From a virus, in the UHGV virus genome UHGV-0155330: a stretch of 10,342 nt of DNA; one strand, given 5' to 3'. The notes under the pieces are model-generated. The model saw nothing but the letters and a program-made list of their open reading frames with translations, had not been told where the DNA came from and did not search any database. Made by a program: the position numbers and the translations under genes. This document shows positions 1 to 7,868 of this stretch, piece after piece (position 1 is the first letter of the stretch; the number at the start of each line of letters is the position of its first letter).

Positions 1-26
1 GCTTTCTATTATGTGAAGGGTAAACA

Positions 27-110
27 ATGAAAGAGCTATTCGACTGGCTGGAAGTATTAACATACTGCGCAAGTTTTGTGGCTTGCGTATATATCATCAA
101 TAAATATTGA
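27..110 (+). CDS. Hypothetical 27-aa hydrophobic peptide (MKELFDWLEVLTYCASFVACVYIINKY), possible small membrane peptide
   Basis: ATG at 27 preceded by AAGGG (16-20) at SD-like spacing; stop TGA 108-110 lies 10 nt before the terS start. Hydrophobic core could form one short transmembrane helix. Not in the supplied ORF track (too short). No homology can be checked. Confidence 0.25.
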   Translation: MKELFDWLEVLTYCASFVACVYIINKY

Positions 111-120
111 GAGGTGAAAT

Positions 121-606
121 ATGGCCCGCACTAAAAAGGCAAAGGCTGACGATAAAAAGCCAGCAGCCAAAAAGACGGGCCGTCCACATGGCTATTCAGA
201 AGAAAAGGCATTGGAGATCTGCGAGCTTGTGTCGGACGGCGAAAGCATTAACAAAATTTCGAAGATGCCTGGTATGCCTGCACGTTCAACAATCCTCAAG
301 TGGTTCCGTGATGTGCCAGAGTTTTCGGACATGTATATGCGCGCGAAGGAGATCGGTTTTGAGGTATTGGCTGATGAGATTATCGATCTTGCTGATGCGC
401 CAGAGAACATCAAAAAGGAAGAATTGAACAGACATCATTTGATGATTGAAACGCGTAAATGGTTACTGGCAAAACTGCAACCGCGTAAATATGGTGAACG
501 CGTCACGCAGGAGATCGTCGGCAACAGGGAAGAAGCGCCAGTCCAGGTTGAAGTCACGAAAGAAGAGATCGCCCGCATCGTCCAGGAAGTAGAAGACGAG
601 GTGTGA
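121..606 (+). CDS. terS: Terminase small subunit (DNA-recognition subunit with N-terminal HTH)
   Basis: 161-aa ORF immediately upstream of, and stop-overlapping, the large terminase gene. Basic N-terminus (MARTKKAKADDKKPAAKK), HTH-like segment (EEKALEICELVSDGESINKISKMPGMPARSTILKWF) and acidic C-terminus are typical of TerS. SD GAGGTGA at 111-117. Confidence 0.75.
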   Translation: MARTKKAKADDKKPAAKKTGRPHGYSEEKALEICELVSDGESINKISKMPGMPARSTILKWFRDVPEFSDMYMRAKEIGFEVLADEIIDLADAPENIKKEELNRHHLMIETRKWLLAKLQPRKYGERVTQEIVGNREEAPVQVEVTKEEIARIVQEVEDEV

Positions 607-608
607 TT

Positions 609-2087
609 ATGTTGACAATCAGAGAACGAGTAATTCAGTCCAAATGTGAAAACGATGGCCTGTTTTTCAATCGCTACTTTTACAAGCAAGCGAATGGAAC
701 GAAGATGTTAATCTCAGGCCATCATTTAGCTATCCGCGACGCACTGCAACGCGTTATCAAAGGTGAGATAACCCGACTCATCATCAACATCCCCCCAGGG
801 TACGGCAAAACCATGATCGCCACTATCAATATGATGGCGCGGTCCCTCGCAATAAATCCCCGCACACGATTCCTTCACGTTTCCTATTCCAACAACCTGG
901 CACTACTCAATTCCTCGACCGTAAGAAACATGATCTGCACGCCTGAGTATCAGGCAATGTGGCCCATGAAGATCCGCAACGATGCAAACTCAAAATCGAT
1001 GTGGTGGACCGAATACGGTGGCGGCGTGTATGCAACGTCATCGCTGGGCCAGGTAACTGGGTTCCGTGCCGGGTATATGGAACCGGGATTTAACGGCGCG
1101 TTAATCATAGACGACCCATTAAAACCCGCTGACGCTTACTCCGATGTTGTGAGAAAGCAGGTAAATACCAACTATAACGACACGCTTGCTTCACGTCTGG
1201 CAGTGCAAACGACGCCTGTTATCGTCATCATGCAGCGCATCCACTACGATGATTTGTCAGGCTACCTGCTACGCGGTGGAAGCGGTGAAAAGTGGTATCA
1301 CCTGAACCTGCCAGTGAAGATCGATAACGGTCTGGACTACTGGGATCTGTACCCTGAAAACGAGTTCGCTATCCCTATCGCTCACAACCTGCCAGATGGC
1401 TGGCTATGGCCTAAAAAGCACAATGACGCCCATGAAGCTGGACTGAAAGCACACAGGCGGTCATTTGAGGCCCAGTACATGCAGCGCCCGCGTAAATTCG
1501 ACGAAGAAGGCGCATTGTGGACTGAAGCAATGATAACCGCAGCGCACCGGATGCAGATAACGCAGGACAAGATCCGCACGGTAATAGCCATCGACCCGGC
1601 GACAACCTCATCGGAAGAATCGGACGAAACGGGGATCATGGCGTGTTCCGCCTATGGTGGCGGCAAGAATGCTCAGTATTCTGTTGATGGTGACTATTCA
1701 GGCCGCATGTCGCCTAACGACTGGGCGCACGCAGCAATGAATGCCTATGACATCCATGAGGCTGACGCGATGGTTATCGAAACCAACCAGGGCGGTGACA
1801 TGGCAGAGGCCACACTACGCAATGCCGGATTCAAAGGCCGCATTGTTAAGGTGCACGCAAGCAAAGGTAAATTCGCCCGTGCCGAACCAATATCTGCACT
1901 GTATGCGCAAGGAAGGGTGGCACACACTGGTGAACTGTACACGCTGGAAAATCAAATGATGGAATACGTGCCAGCTACAGCCAAAAAATCCCCTGACCGT
2001 ATGGACGCAATGGTCTGGGGTATTACCGAATTAAGCCAGCCACAGGCGATGGGCCTCATGTTACCGAAGCGCCTGCGCGGATTTTAA
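609..2087 (+). CDS. terL: Terminase large subunit (ATPase + nuclease)
   Basis: Walker A-like P-loop PPGYGKTM (about nt 790-816), Walker B-like hydrophobic stretch ending in DD (ALIIDDP), and a C-terminal RNase H-like nuclease region (IAIDPATT ... MVIETNQGGD). ATG 609 follows GAGGTG (598-603) and overlaps the terS stop (TGA 604-606). The ORF track starts at GTG 603; ATG 609 is preferred. Confidence 0.9.
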   Translation: MLTIRERVIQSKCENDGLFFNRYFYKQANGTKMLISGHHLAIRDALQRVIKGEITRLIINIPPGYGKTMIATINMMARSLAINPRTRFLHVSYSNNLALLNSSTVRNMICTPEYQAMWPMKIRNDANSKSMWWTEYGGGVYATSSLGQVTGFRAGYMEPGFNGALIIDDPLKPADAYSDVVRKQVNTNYNDTLASRLAVQTTPVIVIMQRIHYDDLSGYLLRGGSGEKWYHLNLPVKIDNGLDYWDLYPENEFAIPIAHNLPDGWLWPKKHNDAHEAGLKAHRRSFEAQYMQRPRKFDEEGALWTEAMITAAHRMQITQDKIRTVIAIDPATTSSEESDETGIMACSAYGGGKNAQYSVDGDYSGRMSPNDWAHAAMNAYDIHEADAMVIETNQGGDMAEATLRNAGFKGRIVKVHASKGKFARAEPISALYAQGRVAHTGELYTLENQMMEYVPATAKKSPDRMDAMVWGITELSQPQAMGLMLPKRLRGF

Positions 2088-2165
2088 AATCTGCCTCACA
2101 ATCCCCCACAAGTTTTTCTATTTTTCGCGTAGCAACGCGTAAACATGTATTCAGGAGTAAACATT

Positions 2166-3536
2166 ATGCCATCCAATTTAGAATTGGCGGTTAATGCTGC
2201 CTTGTCTCAACGCCAGGCGGCCTACGCCCGCTATGCAGCCGCCAACCCATTCACTATGGGGATAGATGCCAAACGCGATGCTGCGTGGAGTGAATACGGA
2301 TTCAAAGAAGAGATCACGTATGACGATCTATACAAACTGTACAGGCGCGGTGGTATCGCTCATGGTGCTGTAGAAAAGATTATCACAACTTGCTGGCGCA
2401 CCAGGCCAACGATGATTGAAGGAACCGAAGACGAGAAAGCCGAAACGGAAACACCCTGGGAAAGAGAAATCAAGAAACAATTTGATAACAGATTTTGGCG
2501 TGTCATTGCCGAATGCGACCGCCGCCGCCTCATCGGTCGTTATGCTGGCCTGTTAATTCATGTCAGAGATAACCAGCCGTGGGATCAGCCAGTAACAAAA
2601 GGCGTAGGCATTGCCAAATTTACCCCCGTATGGGCTGGTGCTCTTACACCGAAGGACTTCGAAGAAAACCCGGATAAAGAAAACTATGGCCTGCCTACAT
2701 GGTGGGAATACAAGGAGCGCATTAACAATAAGACCATAGCAAGAAAGATACATCCAGATCGCATATTTATCTTCGGTGATTATTCTGATGATGCCATTGC
2801 TTTCCTTGAGCCGTCCTATAACGCATTCGTTTCGCTGGAGAAAGTGGAAGGCGGCAGCGGTGAATCATTCCTGAAAAACGCAGCACGTCAACTTGCTATC
2901 TCGTTCGATAAAGAAATTGATTTCCGTTCTCTGGCTGCAACATACGGATGCGACGTCACAGAGCTGCGCGAAAAATTCAACGAGGCAGCGGCTGAAATGA
3001 ATAAGGGTAACGACGTGATGATGGCATTACAGGGGGCAACAGTAAGCCCGCTAGTGACTGCCGTATCTGACCCGTCAGCAACCTATGACGTAAACCTGCA
3101 AACTGCCGCCGCTGGTATTGATATTCCGACCCGCATCCTGGTTGGTAACCAGCAGGGCGAACGCGCATCAACCGAAGATCTCCGCTACTTCAACAGCCGC
3201 TGTATGACCCGCCGCGAGGAAATCGGAGGCGAGCTTGAGGAACTATTCCGCAAGATGGCAGATCTCCGCCTTATCAGTATGCCAATTGATGTATCAGTTA
3301 TATGGGACGACCTGAACGCCATGACTAAAGCCGAACTACTGGAAGCGGCATACAAAATGGCACAAATCAATCAGGCTTGTCTGGCTACTGGTGAAGAAAT
3401 ATTTAGCGGTGACGAGATCCGCGAGGCTGCCGGATACGATGGCCCTGCCAGTGTAGTAGAAACGGAAGAGGAAAACGATGATGAAGGTGAAGAAGATAAT
3501 CAGGCGAATACCTCCAGCCGCTATAATGCCATCTAA
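2166..3536 (+). CDS. Portal protein
   Basis: About 457-aa ORF between terL and the Mu F-like head protein, the canonical portal position. Highly acidic C-terminal tail (ETEEENDDEGEEDNQ). ATG 2166 preceded by AGGAG (2153-2157) at 8-nt spacing; the in-frame upstream ATG 2145 lacks an SD. Confidence 0.75.
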   Translation: MPSNLELAVNAALSQRQAAYARYAAANPFTMGIDAKRDAAWSEYGFKEEITYDDLYKLYRRGGIAHGAVEKIITTCWRTRPTMIEGTEDEKAETETPWEREIKKQFDNRFWRVIAECDRRRLIGRYAGLLIHVRDNQPWDQPVTKGVGIAKFTPVWAGALTPKDFEENPDKENYGLPTWWEYKERINNKTIARKIHPDRIFIFGDYSDDAIAFLEPSYNAFVSLEKVEGGSGESFLKNAARQLAISFDKEIDFRSLAATYGCDVTELREKFNEAAAEMNKGNDVMMALQGATVSPLVTAVSDPSATYDVNLQTAAAGIDIPTRILVGNQQGERASTEDLRYFNSRCMTRREEIGGELEELFRKMADLRLISMPIDVSVIWDDLNAMTKAELLEAAYKMAQINQACLATGEEIFSGDEIREAAGYDGPASVVETEEENDDEGEEDNQANTSSRYNAI

Positions 3537-4422
3537 CACCGAAGACCCGACCATGACAGGTAAGTTACGGTCGGGAGCTATCAAGCGTTTTAAAGCCTGC
3601 CTGAAGAAAGTCGCGGATCCGTATATTGCCATACTGGACAGAATACAATATACCCTGGCTGTTAATAAGAAGTACACCTTCCAGATCTACATTGACGAAT
3701 TGCATGATTTGCTGGAAGACGCCAGCGACATGATTGATGAAATATTCGAGTTAACAGACCCTGAAAACTTCTGGTTCTGGCAGAATTACGTGAAGGTGGC
3801 ATATCAGCGCGGCACTTCACAGGAATATGCCAACCTCTCTAACCAGTCAGTCACATATTCCAGAGCTTATCCAGAAGTGTCGGCGGTATTAACCAGTCAG
3901 ACATATCGCACACGCCTTGCCCTGGTCCGTACCCGTGTATTTGAAGAGATGCGCGGGCTTACAGCACAGATCAAGAAGGATATGGCTCGCCGATTAACTG
4001 AAGGCATGGCCCGTGGCTTAAACCCACTGGAAATAGCACGCACATTGCAGCAGGAAACGCAATTGCCGCTATACAGGTGTAAACGTATTGCCCGTACTGA
4101 AATATGCACAGCGTTACGCACAGCTCGTATGGATGAGGCAGAGGCCGCATCGGATGAGCTTAACTTGCGCACTATGCAGATGCACATTTCTGCACTGTCA
4201 CCGACTACCAGGTTATCACACGCACAGCGGCACGGGAAAACGTACACCATAGAAGAGCAGCGCGAATGGTGGAGCAGATCCCCAAATTCAATTAACTGCA
4301 AATGTAGCACTATTACCGTGATGGTCGATGAATCTGGTAACATATTAAACAAACGAATATTAGATCGGGCGCAAGAAAACTATAAGGTTGCGCACGCTAA
4401 ATATGGCGAAGATTGGGAGTAA
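3526..4422 (+). CDS. Phage Mu F-like / SPP1 gp7-like minor head (head morphogenesis) protein
   Basis: Motifs characteristic of the Mu F family: RIARTEICTALRTAR, HISALSPTTR, AQRHGKTY, NCKCS. Start is ambiguous: in-frame ATGs at 3478, 3526 and 3553. I chose 3526, which overlaps the portal stop (3534-3536). Confidence 0.75.
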   Translation: MPSNTEDPTMTGKLRSGAIKRFKACLKKVADPYIAILDRIQYTLAVNKKYTFQIYIDELHDLLEDASDMIDEIFELTDPENFWFWQNYVKVAYQRGTSQEYANLSNQSVTYSRAYPEVSAVLTSQTYRTRLALVRTRVFEEMRGLTAQIKKDMARRLTEGMARGLNPLEIARTLQQETQLPLYRCKRIARTEICTALRTARMDEAEAASDELNLRTMQMHISALSPTTRLSHAQRHGKTYTIEEQREWWSRSPNSINCKCSTITVMVDESGNILNKRILDRAQENYKVAHAKYGEDWE

Positions 4423-4427
4423 AAACC

Positions 4428-5717
4428 GTGAATAAAGAACTGATTCAGGTTAATACCAAATTAACCGCTAATACCATCCGCCGGGAAACATATAACGGTC
4501 GCGAACACATTGTGGTTCCGTCGTATACGTTGCCCTTTAATATCGTTATGAATCGGGAATATTACCCGGAAGCTGAAATCATTGCTAATTATCAATCTTT
4601 GGAAGGTACGCTTGCGCCGCTGGGTCATCCTACCGTAGACGGTGAATTTGTTTCCGCATTTAGCCCGGAAGGTCTGAATATTGGCTTTTGCGGAGCGTGG
4701 AACAGAAATGTTGAATTACGTGGCAACCGTGTTTATGTGGAAAAATGGGTGGATGTTGAAACCGCCAGCCATTCAGAACAAGGTCGCGAATTATTAAGCC
4801 GACTCGAAGCACTGGAAAAAGGTGAAAGCAAAGATCCGATCTGGTCATCTGTTGCCGTATATCGTCAGCGTATGCCAGCTACTGAAGAAATGAAAGCACA
4901 GGGTGCTGACAGCGTGGTTAAAATCATGTCAATCGACCATGACGCCATCCTACTTCATGAACCGCCAGCCGCATCGCCAGAACAGGGTGTTGGCCTGATG
5001 GTTAACACTGACCAGGCGAAGCCGTTAATGGCGGTGGCAATGAAAGAAAACAGCTATCGCACGCTTGAGAAACAATTAACTGACGCGGCGCGGGAATTAT
5101 TCCCTGATGCCGATTATGTGTATGTGGTGGACTTCACTGATAAAGAAGTGACGATCGCCACTAATACTGAAAGTGCTCAAGTTTGCACGTATGAAAAACA
5201 GGCTGATAAAATAATTCTCAATAATGGCGAGCTTGCAACCAATGAGGAAAGTAAATCGTGGTTCGCTCAGTTCGCTGAACACTTATCTAATCTTTTCTCC
5301 CTGAATGAAAAAATTAAGGCCAATAAATCGGAGGGTGAACCCATGCCTTTGACCAAAGAAGAACGCGCCGAACTGGTAAAAGAAATTAACGAAGGTTTAG
5401 CCGCTAATATCGCCAGTGCAGTAGCTGAAGCACTTAAACCAGTACAGGCAAGCGTTGAAGAATTACAGACCAACCAAAAAGAATTGCAGACCAACCAGAA
5501 AGCGATTAAAGAAGAGATCGCAGCAAACGCAGATAAAGAAGTAGCAGAAAAACGCGCCGCAGTAGCAAAAGTACACGGCGAAATTGTTGCTAACGCATTA
5601 AGTGGTGAAGCGTTAGAAGCAATGTTTAAATCCCTGGGCAAAGCAGCGCCGATGGCAACCAACGCAGCAAGCGAAGGTAAAAAAGGCGAAGTACCAGACT
5701 TTAACACTTATTTCTAA
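4428..5717 (+). CDS. Head maturation protease / scaffolding-type protein with C-terminal coiled-coil (putative)
   Basis: Large ORF between the Mu F-like gene and the capsid genes. The C-terminal third is Ala/Glu/Lys-rich with heptad-like repeats (ELQTNQKELQTNQKAIKEEI), typical of scaffold domains. Preferred start is GTG 4428, preceded by GGGAG (4415-4419); the ORF track's TTG 4413 overlaps the upstream stop. Whether the N-terminal part is a protease cannot be decided by eye. Confidence 0.55.
   Translation: MNKELIQVNTKLTANTIRRETYNGREHIVVPSYTLPFNIVMNREYYPEAEIIANYQSLEGTLAPLGHPTVDGEFVSAFSPEGLNIGFCGAWNRNVELRGNRVYVEKWVDVETASHSEQGRELLSRLEALEKGESKDPIWSSVAVYRQRMPATEEMKAQGADSVVKIMSIDHDAILLHEPPAASPEQGVGLMVNTDQAKPLMAVAMKENSYRTLEKQLTDAARELFPDADYVYVVDFTDKEVTIATNTESAQVCTYEKQADKIILNNGELATNEESKSWFAQFAEHLSNLFSLNEKIKANKSEGEPMPLTKEERAELVKEINEGLAANIASAVAEALKPVQASVEELQTNQKELQTNQKAIKEEIAANADKEVAEKRAAVAKVHGEIVANALSGEALEAMFKSLGKAAPMATNAASEGKKGEVPDFNTYF
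5460..5501 (+). repeat. Imperfect 21-bp tandem duplication (GAATTACAGACCAACCAAAAA / GAATTGCAGACCAACCAGAAA) inside the scaffold coiled-coil region
   Basis: Two adjacent 21-nt units differing at 2 positions, in frame, encoding ELQTNQK twice. Confidence 0.9.
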
Positions 5718-5733
5718 TTAAAAGGGGATCACA

Positions 5734-6156
5734 ATGTTTCGTTTTCGTCGTGTAAATATTGATGGTAAATCCATCACAGAAACCCGCCTCGCTGGTGCTG
5801 AATTAAAACCTGGTGAACTGGTTAAACTTGAAGGCGGTAAATTCGTTAAAGCGGCCCCTGCTGATGTTGGCAAGGGACAGTTGTATATCGTTAACCCGGC
5901 ATTCCATGAAGGTAAAACCATTGCTGATGCAATCGCTGCAAATGCAACCGTTGTAGCCGATTATGTGGAACAGGGGCGTGAGTTTGCTCTCCGTGTTCCT
6001 AAGGCCACTTATGCCAAAGGCGCAGCCATTTCCCTTGCGGCAGATGGCGCTAAATTGTCTTCTGCTGTGGAAGGCGGCTCAGCACCAATCATTGCATTCT
6101 GCCAGGAAGATGTGACCCTGACCGCAGAAGACTTCATCCGAGTTCGCGTCGCTTAA
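5734..6156 (+). CDS. Small capsid-associated protein, possibly a head decoration protein (or small head subunit precursor)
   Basis: 140-aa Gly/Ala-rich ORF directly upstream of the major capsid gene. Strong SD AAAGGGGA before ATG 5734. Codon usage is biased like the capsid gene, suggesting high expression. The function is inferred from position and composition only. Confidence 0.4.
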   Translation: MFRFRRVNIDGKSITETRLAGAELKPGELVKLEGGKFVKAAPADVGKGQLYIVNPAFHEGKTIADAIAANATVVADYVEQGREFALRVPKATYAKGAAISLAADGAKLSSAVEGGSAPIIAFCQEDVTLTAEDFIRVRVA

Positions 6157-6173
6157 TTTAAAAGGGGAAAAAC

Positions 6174-7226
6174 ATGTACTTTACCAAAGAAAACCTTGCT
6201 ACCAACGCCCGTATGCAGGGCCATTGGAACGAACTGTGGGCGCAACGCAATATCTTCAACGCTCAACATGACGCCATGATTGCAGCGAACAAAGCAAACA
6301 TGACTTCTGAAATGTTGGCCTGCAACGCTGTTGGTGGCTTCGCAAAAGAGTTCTGGAAAGAAATCGATAACCAGATCATCGAACTGAACACCGAGGAAAT
6401 CGGTATTGAAATCGTCAACGACCTGATGGGTGTTCAAACCGTACTGCCTATCGGTAAAACGCTGAAAATGTACAGCGTATCCGGTGACATCAACGATGAA
6501 GTCGTAATGTCTATGGATGGCCAGGCACCGCACGGCTTTGATCACACCGAATACGGCAGCGATGGCGACCCGATCCCGATGTTCGCGGCTGGTTATGGTG
6601 TCAACTGGCGTCTTGCTCAGGGCCTGAATACTGTAGGCATTGACCTTGCCCTTGACAGCCAGCGCCTGAAACTGAAAAAATTCAACAAAGCACGCGTTAA
6701 CTTCTATCTGAACGGTAACGAAAACATCAAGGTTGATGGTCATAAAGCTATGGGTATTAAAAACCACAAAAACACCCAGCAACTGACCCTGACAACTGAC
6801 CTGACCACTGCGCAATTTGACGCACTGATCGACTTCTTCACCATTGGTGAATTCGGCGTTCTGGCCCGCAATAACTTCGTTGCTAAATATGATGTTATGT
6901 GGGTATCACCTGAAATCATGGCTAACCTGGCACGTCCGCACATCGTTAACGGTGCTGTGGTTGGTAGCGTGCTGCAAACGGTTATGCCGTTCGCCCCGGT
7001 AGGTGAAATCCGCCAGACCTTTGCACTGAAAGGAAATGAAATTATTGCTTATCAGCGCCGCCGTGATGTCATCACCCCGCTGATCGGTATGACTACTGGC
7101 GTTGTACCTGTACCGCGCTTTATGCCGACTGATAACTATAACTTCAAAATCATGTCTGCCGAAGGTTTACAAATCACCTGCGACATGTTAGGCCGTTCCG
7201 GTGTCGTTTACGGCAAAAATTCTTAA
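6174..7226 (+). CDS. Major capsid protein
   Basis: 350-aa ORF in the canonical position after the scaffold/decoration genes. Strongly optimised codon usage, strong SD AAAGGGGA before ATG 6174, and a strong intrinsic terminator immediately downstream. The size fits an HK97-fold capsid protein without a long delta domain. Confidence 0.75.
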   Translation: MYFTKENLATNARMQGHWNELWAQRNIFNAQHDAMIAANKANMTSEMLACNAVGGFAKEFWKEIDNQIIELNTEEIGIEIVNDLMGVQTVLPIGKTLKMYSVSGDINDEVVMSMDGQAPHGFDHTEYGSDGDPIPMFAAGYGVNWRLAQGLNTVGIDLALDSQRLKLKKFNKARVNFYLNGNENIKVDGHKAMGIKNHKNTQQLTLTTDLTTAQFDALIDFFTIGEFGVLARNNFVAKYDVMWVSPEIMANLARPHIVNGAVVGSVLQTVMPFAPVGEIRQTFALKGNEIIAYQRRRDVITPLIGMTTGVVPVPRFMPTDNYNFKIMSAEGLQITCDMLGRSGVVYGKNS

Positions 7227-7245
7227 TTAGAACGCTTCCTGTAAC

Positions 7246-7275
7246 TCCCCGGCGCGATGCCGGGGATTTTTTTTT
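7246..7275 (+). terminator. Rho-independent terminator downstream of the major capsid gene
   Basis: Perfect 8-bp GC-rich stem TCCCCGGC (7246-7253) / GCCGGGGA (7259-7266), 5-nt loop GCGAT, followed by 9 consecutive T (7267-7275). Confidence 0.85.
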
Positions 7276-7293
7276 GTATGTGGAGCAAACAAA

Positions 7294-7680
7294 ATGGTCA
7301 CTACAGAACAGGCGCGGGAATATCTTGAAAGCCAGGGTATTGACCTGCCAGACGTTATCTTATCATTGCTGGTGGAGCAGGCAAACAGCGTTAACGAATG
7401 CCTTGATGCCAACTATCCGGCCTCCACTGCAACATTAATTCAACTTTACCTGATTGGCCTGTTGGGGCTCACCCAGGCTAACAAATACGTTTCCTCGCAT
7501 ACTGGTACGAACGGTGCAAGCCAGTCATACCGCTATGTCGATTTCAATAAAAAATGGAAGGCAGCACACTCGTTGCTTTACTCCCTTGATAAGAATCACT
7601 GTACAGCCGAATTAATTCCAGCAGATCCAGAAAACACCGCGCACGCTGGCTTGTGGATAGGTAAAAGCGGGAGGATGTAA
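7294..7680 (+). CDS. Putative head-tail adaptor / connector protein
   Basis: 128-aa ORF right after the capsid terminator. SD TGGAG precedes ATG 7294. Position is typical for head completion/adaptor proteins. No diagnostic motif recognised. Confidence 0.4.
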   Translation: MVTTEQAREYLESQGIDLPDVILSLLVEQANSVNECLDANYPASTATLIQLYLIGLLGLTQANKYVSSHTGTNGASQSYRYVDFNKKWKAAHSLLYSLDKNHCTAELIPADPENTAHAGLWIGKSGRM

Positions 7681-7682
7681 CA

Positions 7683-7868
7683 ATGTGGAATGACCTTACA
7701 TTACCGGATCCGTTATTGCCAAAACTGTTTACCCGCGTATGGGTGAAGACTGACACCGGGCGACAGGTTGCGGCATATCTCAATGACGCTGGCGAATGGG
7801 TGATTCTTTGCCCACGCGTGGCGAAAACCCATCCGAAAATCGTCAAATGGAGCTATGGCTATGAGTAA
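7683..7868 (+). CDS. Hypothetical small protein (61 aa) in the head-tail joining cluster
   Basis: Strong SD GGGAGGA (7669-7675) before ATG 7683. Start lies 2 nt after the upstream stop and the ORF overlaps the downstream gene start, suggesting a translationally coupled real gene. Confidence 0.45.
   Translation: MWNDLTLPDPLLPKLFTRVWVKTDTGRQVAAYLNDAGEWVILCPRVAKTHPKIVKWSYGYE

Noticed and set aside
107-427. 106-aa plus-strand ORF overlapping terS in another frame
   Set aside because: Out of frame with the well-supported terS ORF, no SD, and an Arg/Cys-rich low-complexity translation typical of an alternate-frame artefact.
2166-3540. Portal and Mu F-like genes both begin ATGCCATC(C/T)AA (Met-Pro-Ser-Asn)
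   Set aside because: Only 11 nt of similarity with no extended repeat. Most likely coincidence, not a duplicated start cassette.
3336-3677. 113-aa minus-strand ORF spanning the portal / Mu F junction
   Set aside because: Antisense to two coupled plus-strand genes; no SD; no recognisable features.
3897-4352. 151-aa minus-strand ORF inside the Mu F-like gene
   Set aside because: Antisense to a gene with clear family motifs; no independent support.
5267-5707. 146-aa minus-strand ORF antisense to the scaffold coiled-coil region
   Set aside because: Ala/Ser/Leu-rich low-complexity translation that mirrors the Ala/Glu/Lys-rich sense strand; antisense artefact.
6153-6815. 220-aa minus-strand ORF antisense to the major capsid gene
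   Set aside because: Lies entirely inside the strongly codon-optimised capsid gene on the opposite strand, with no RBS context. Long antisense ORFs are common opposite biased coding sequence.
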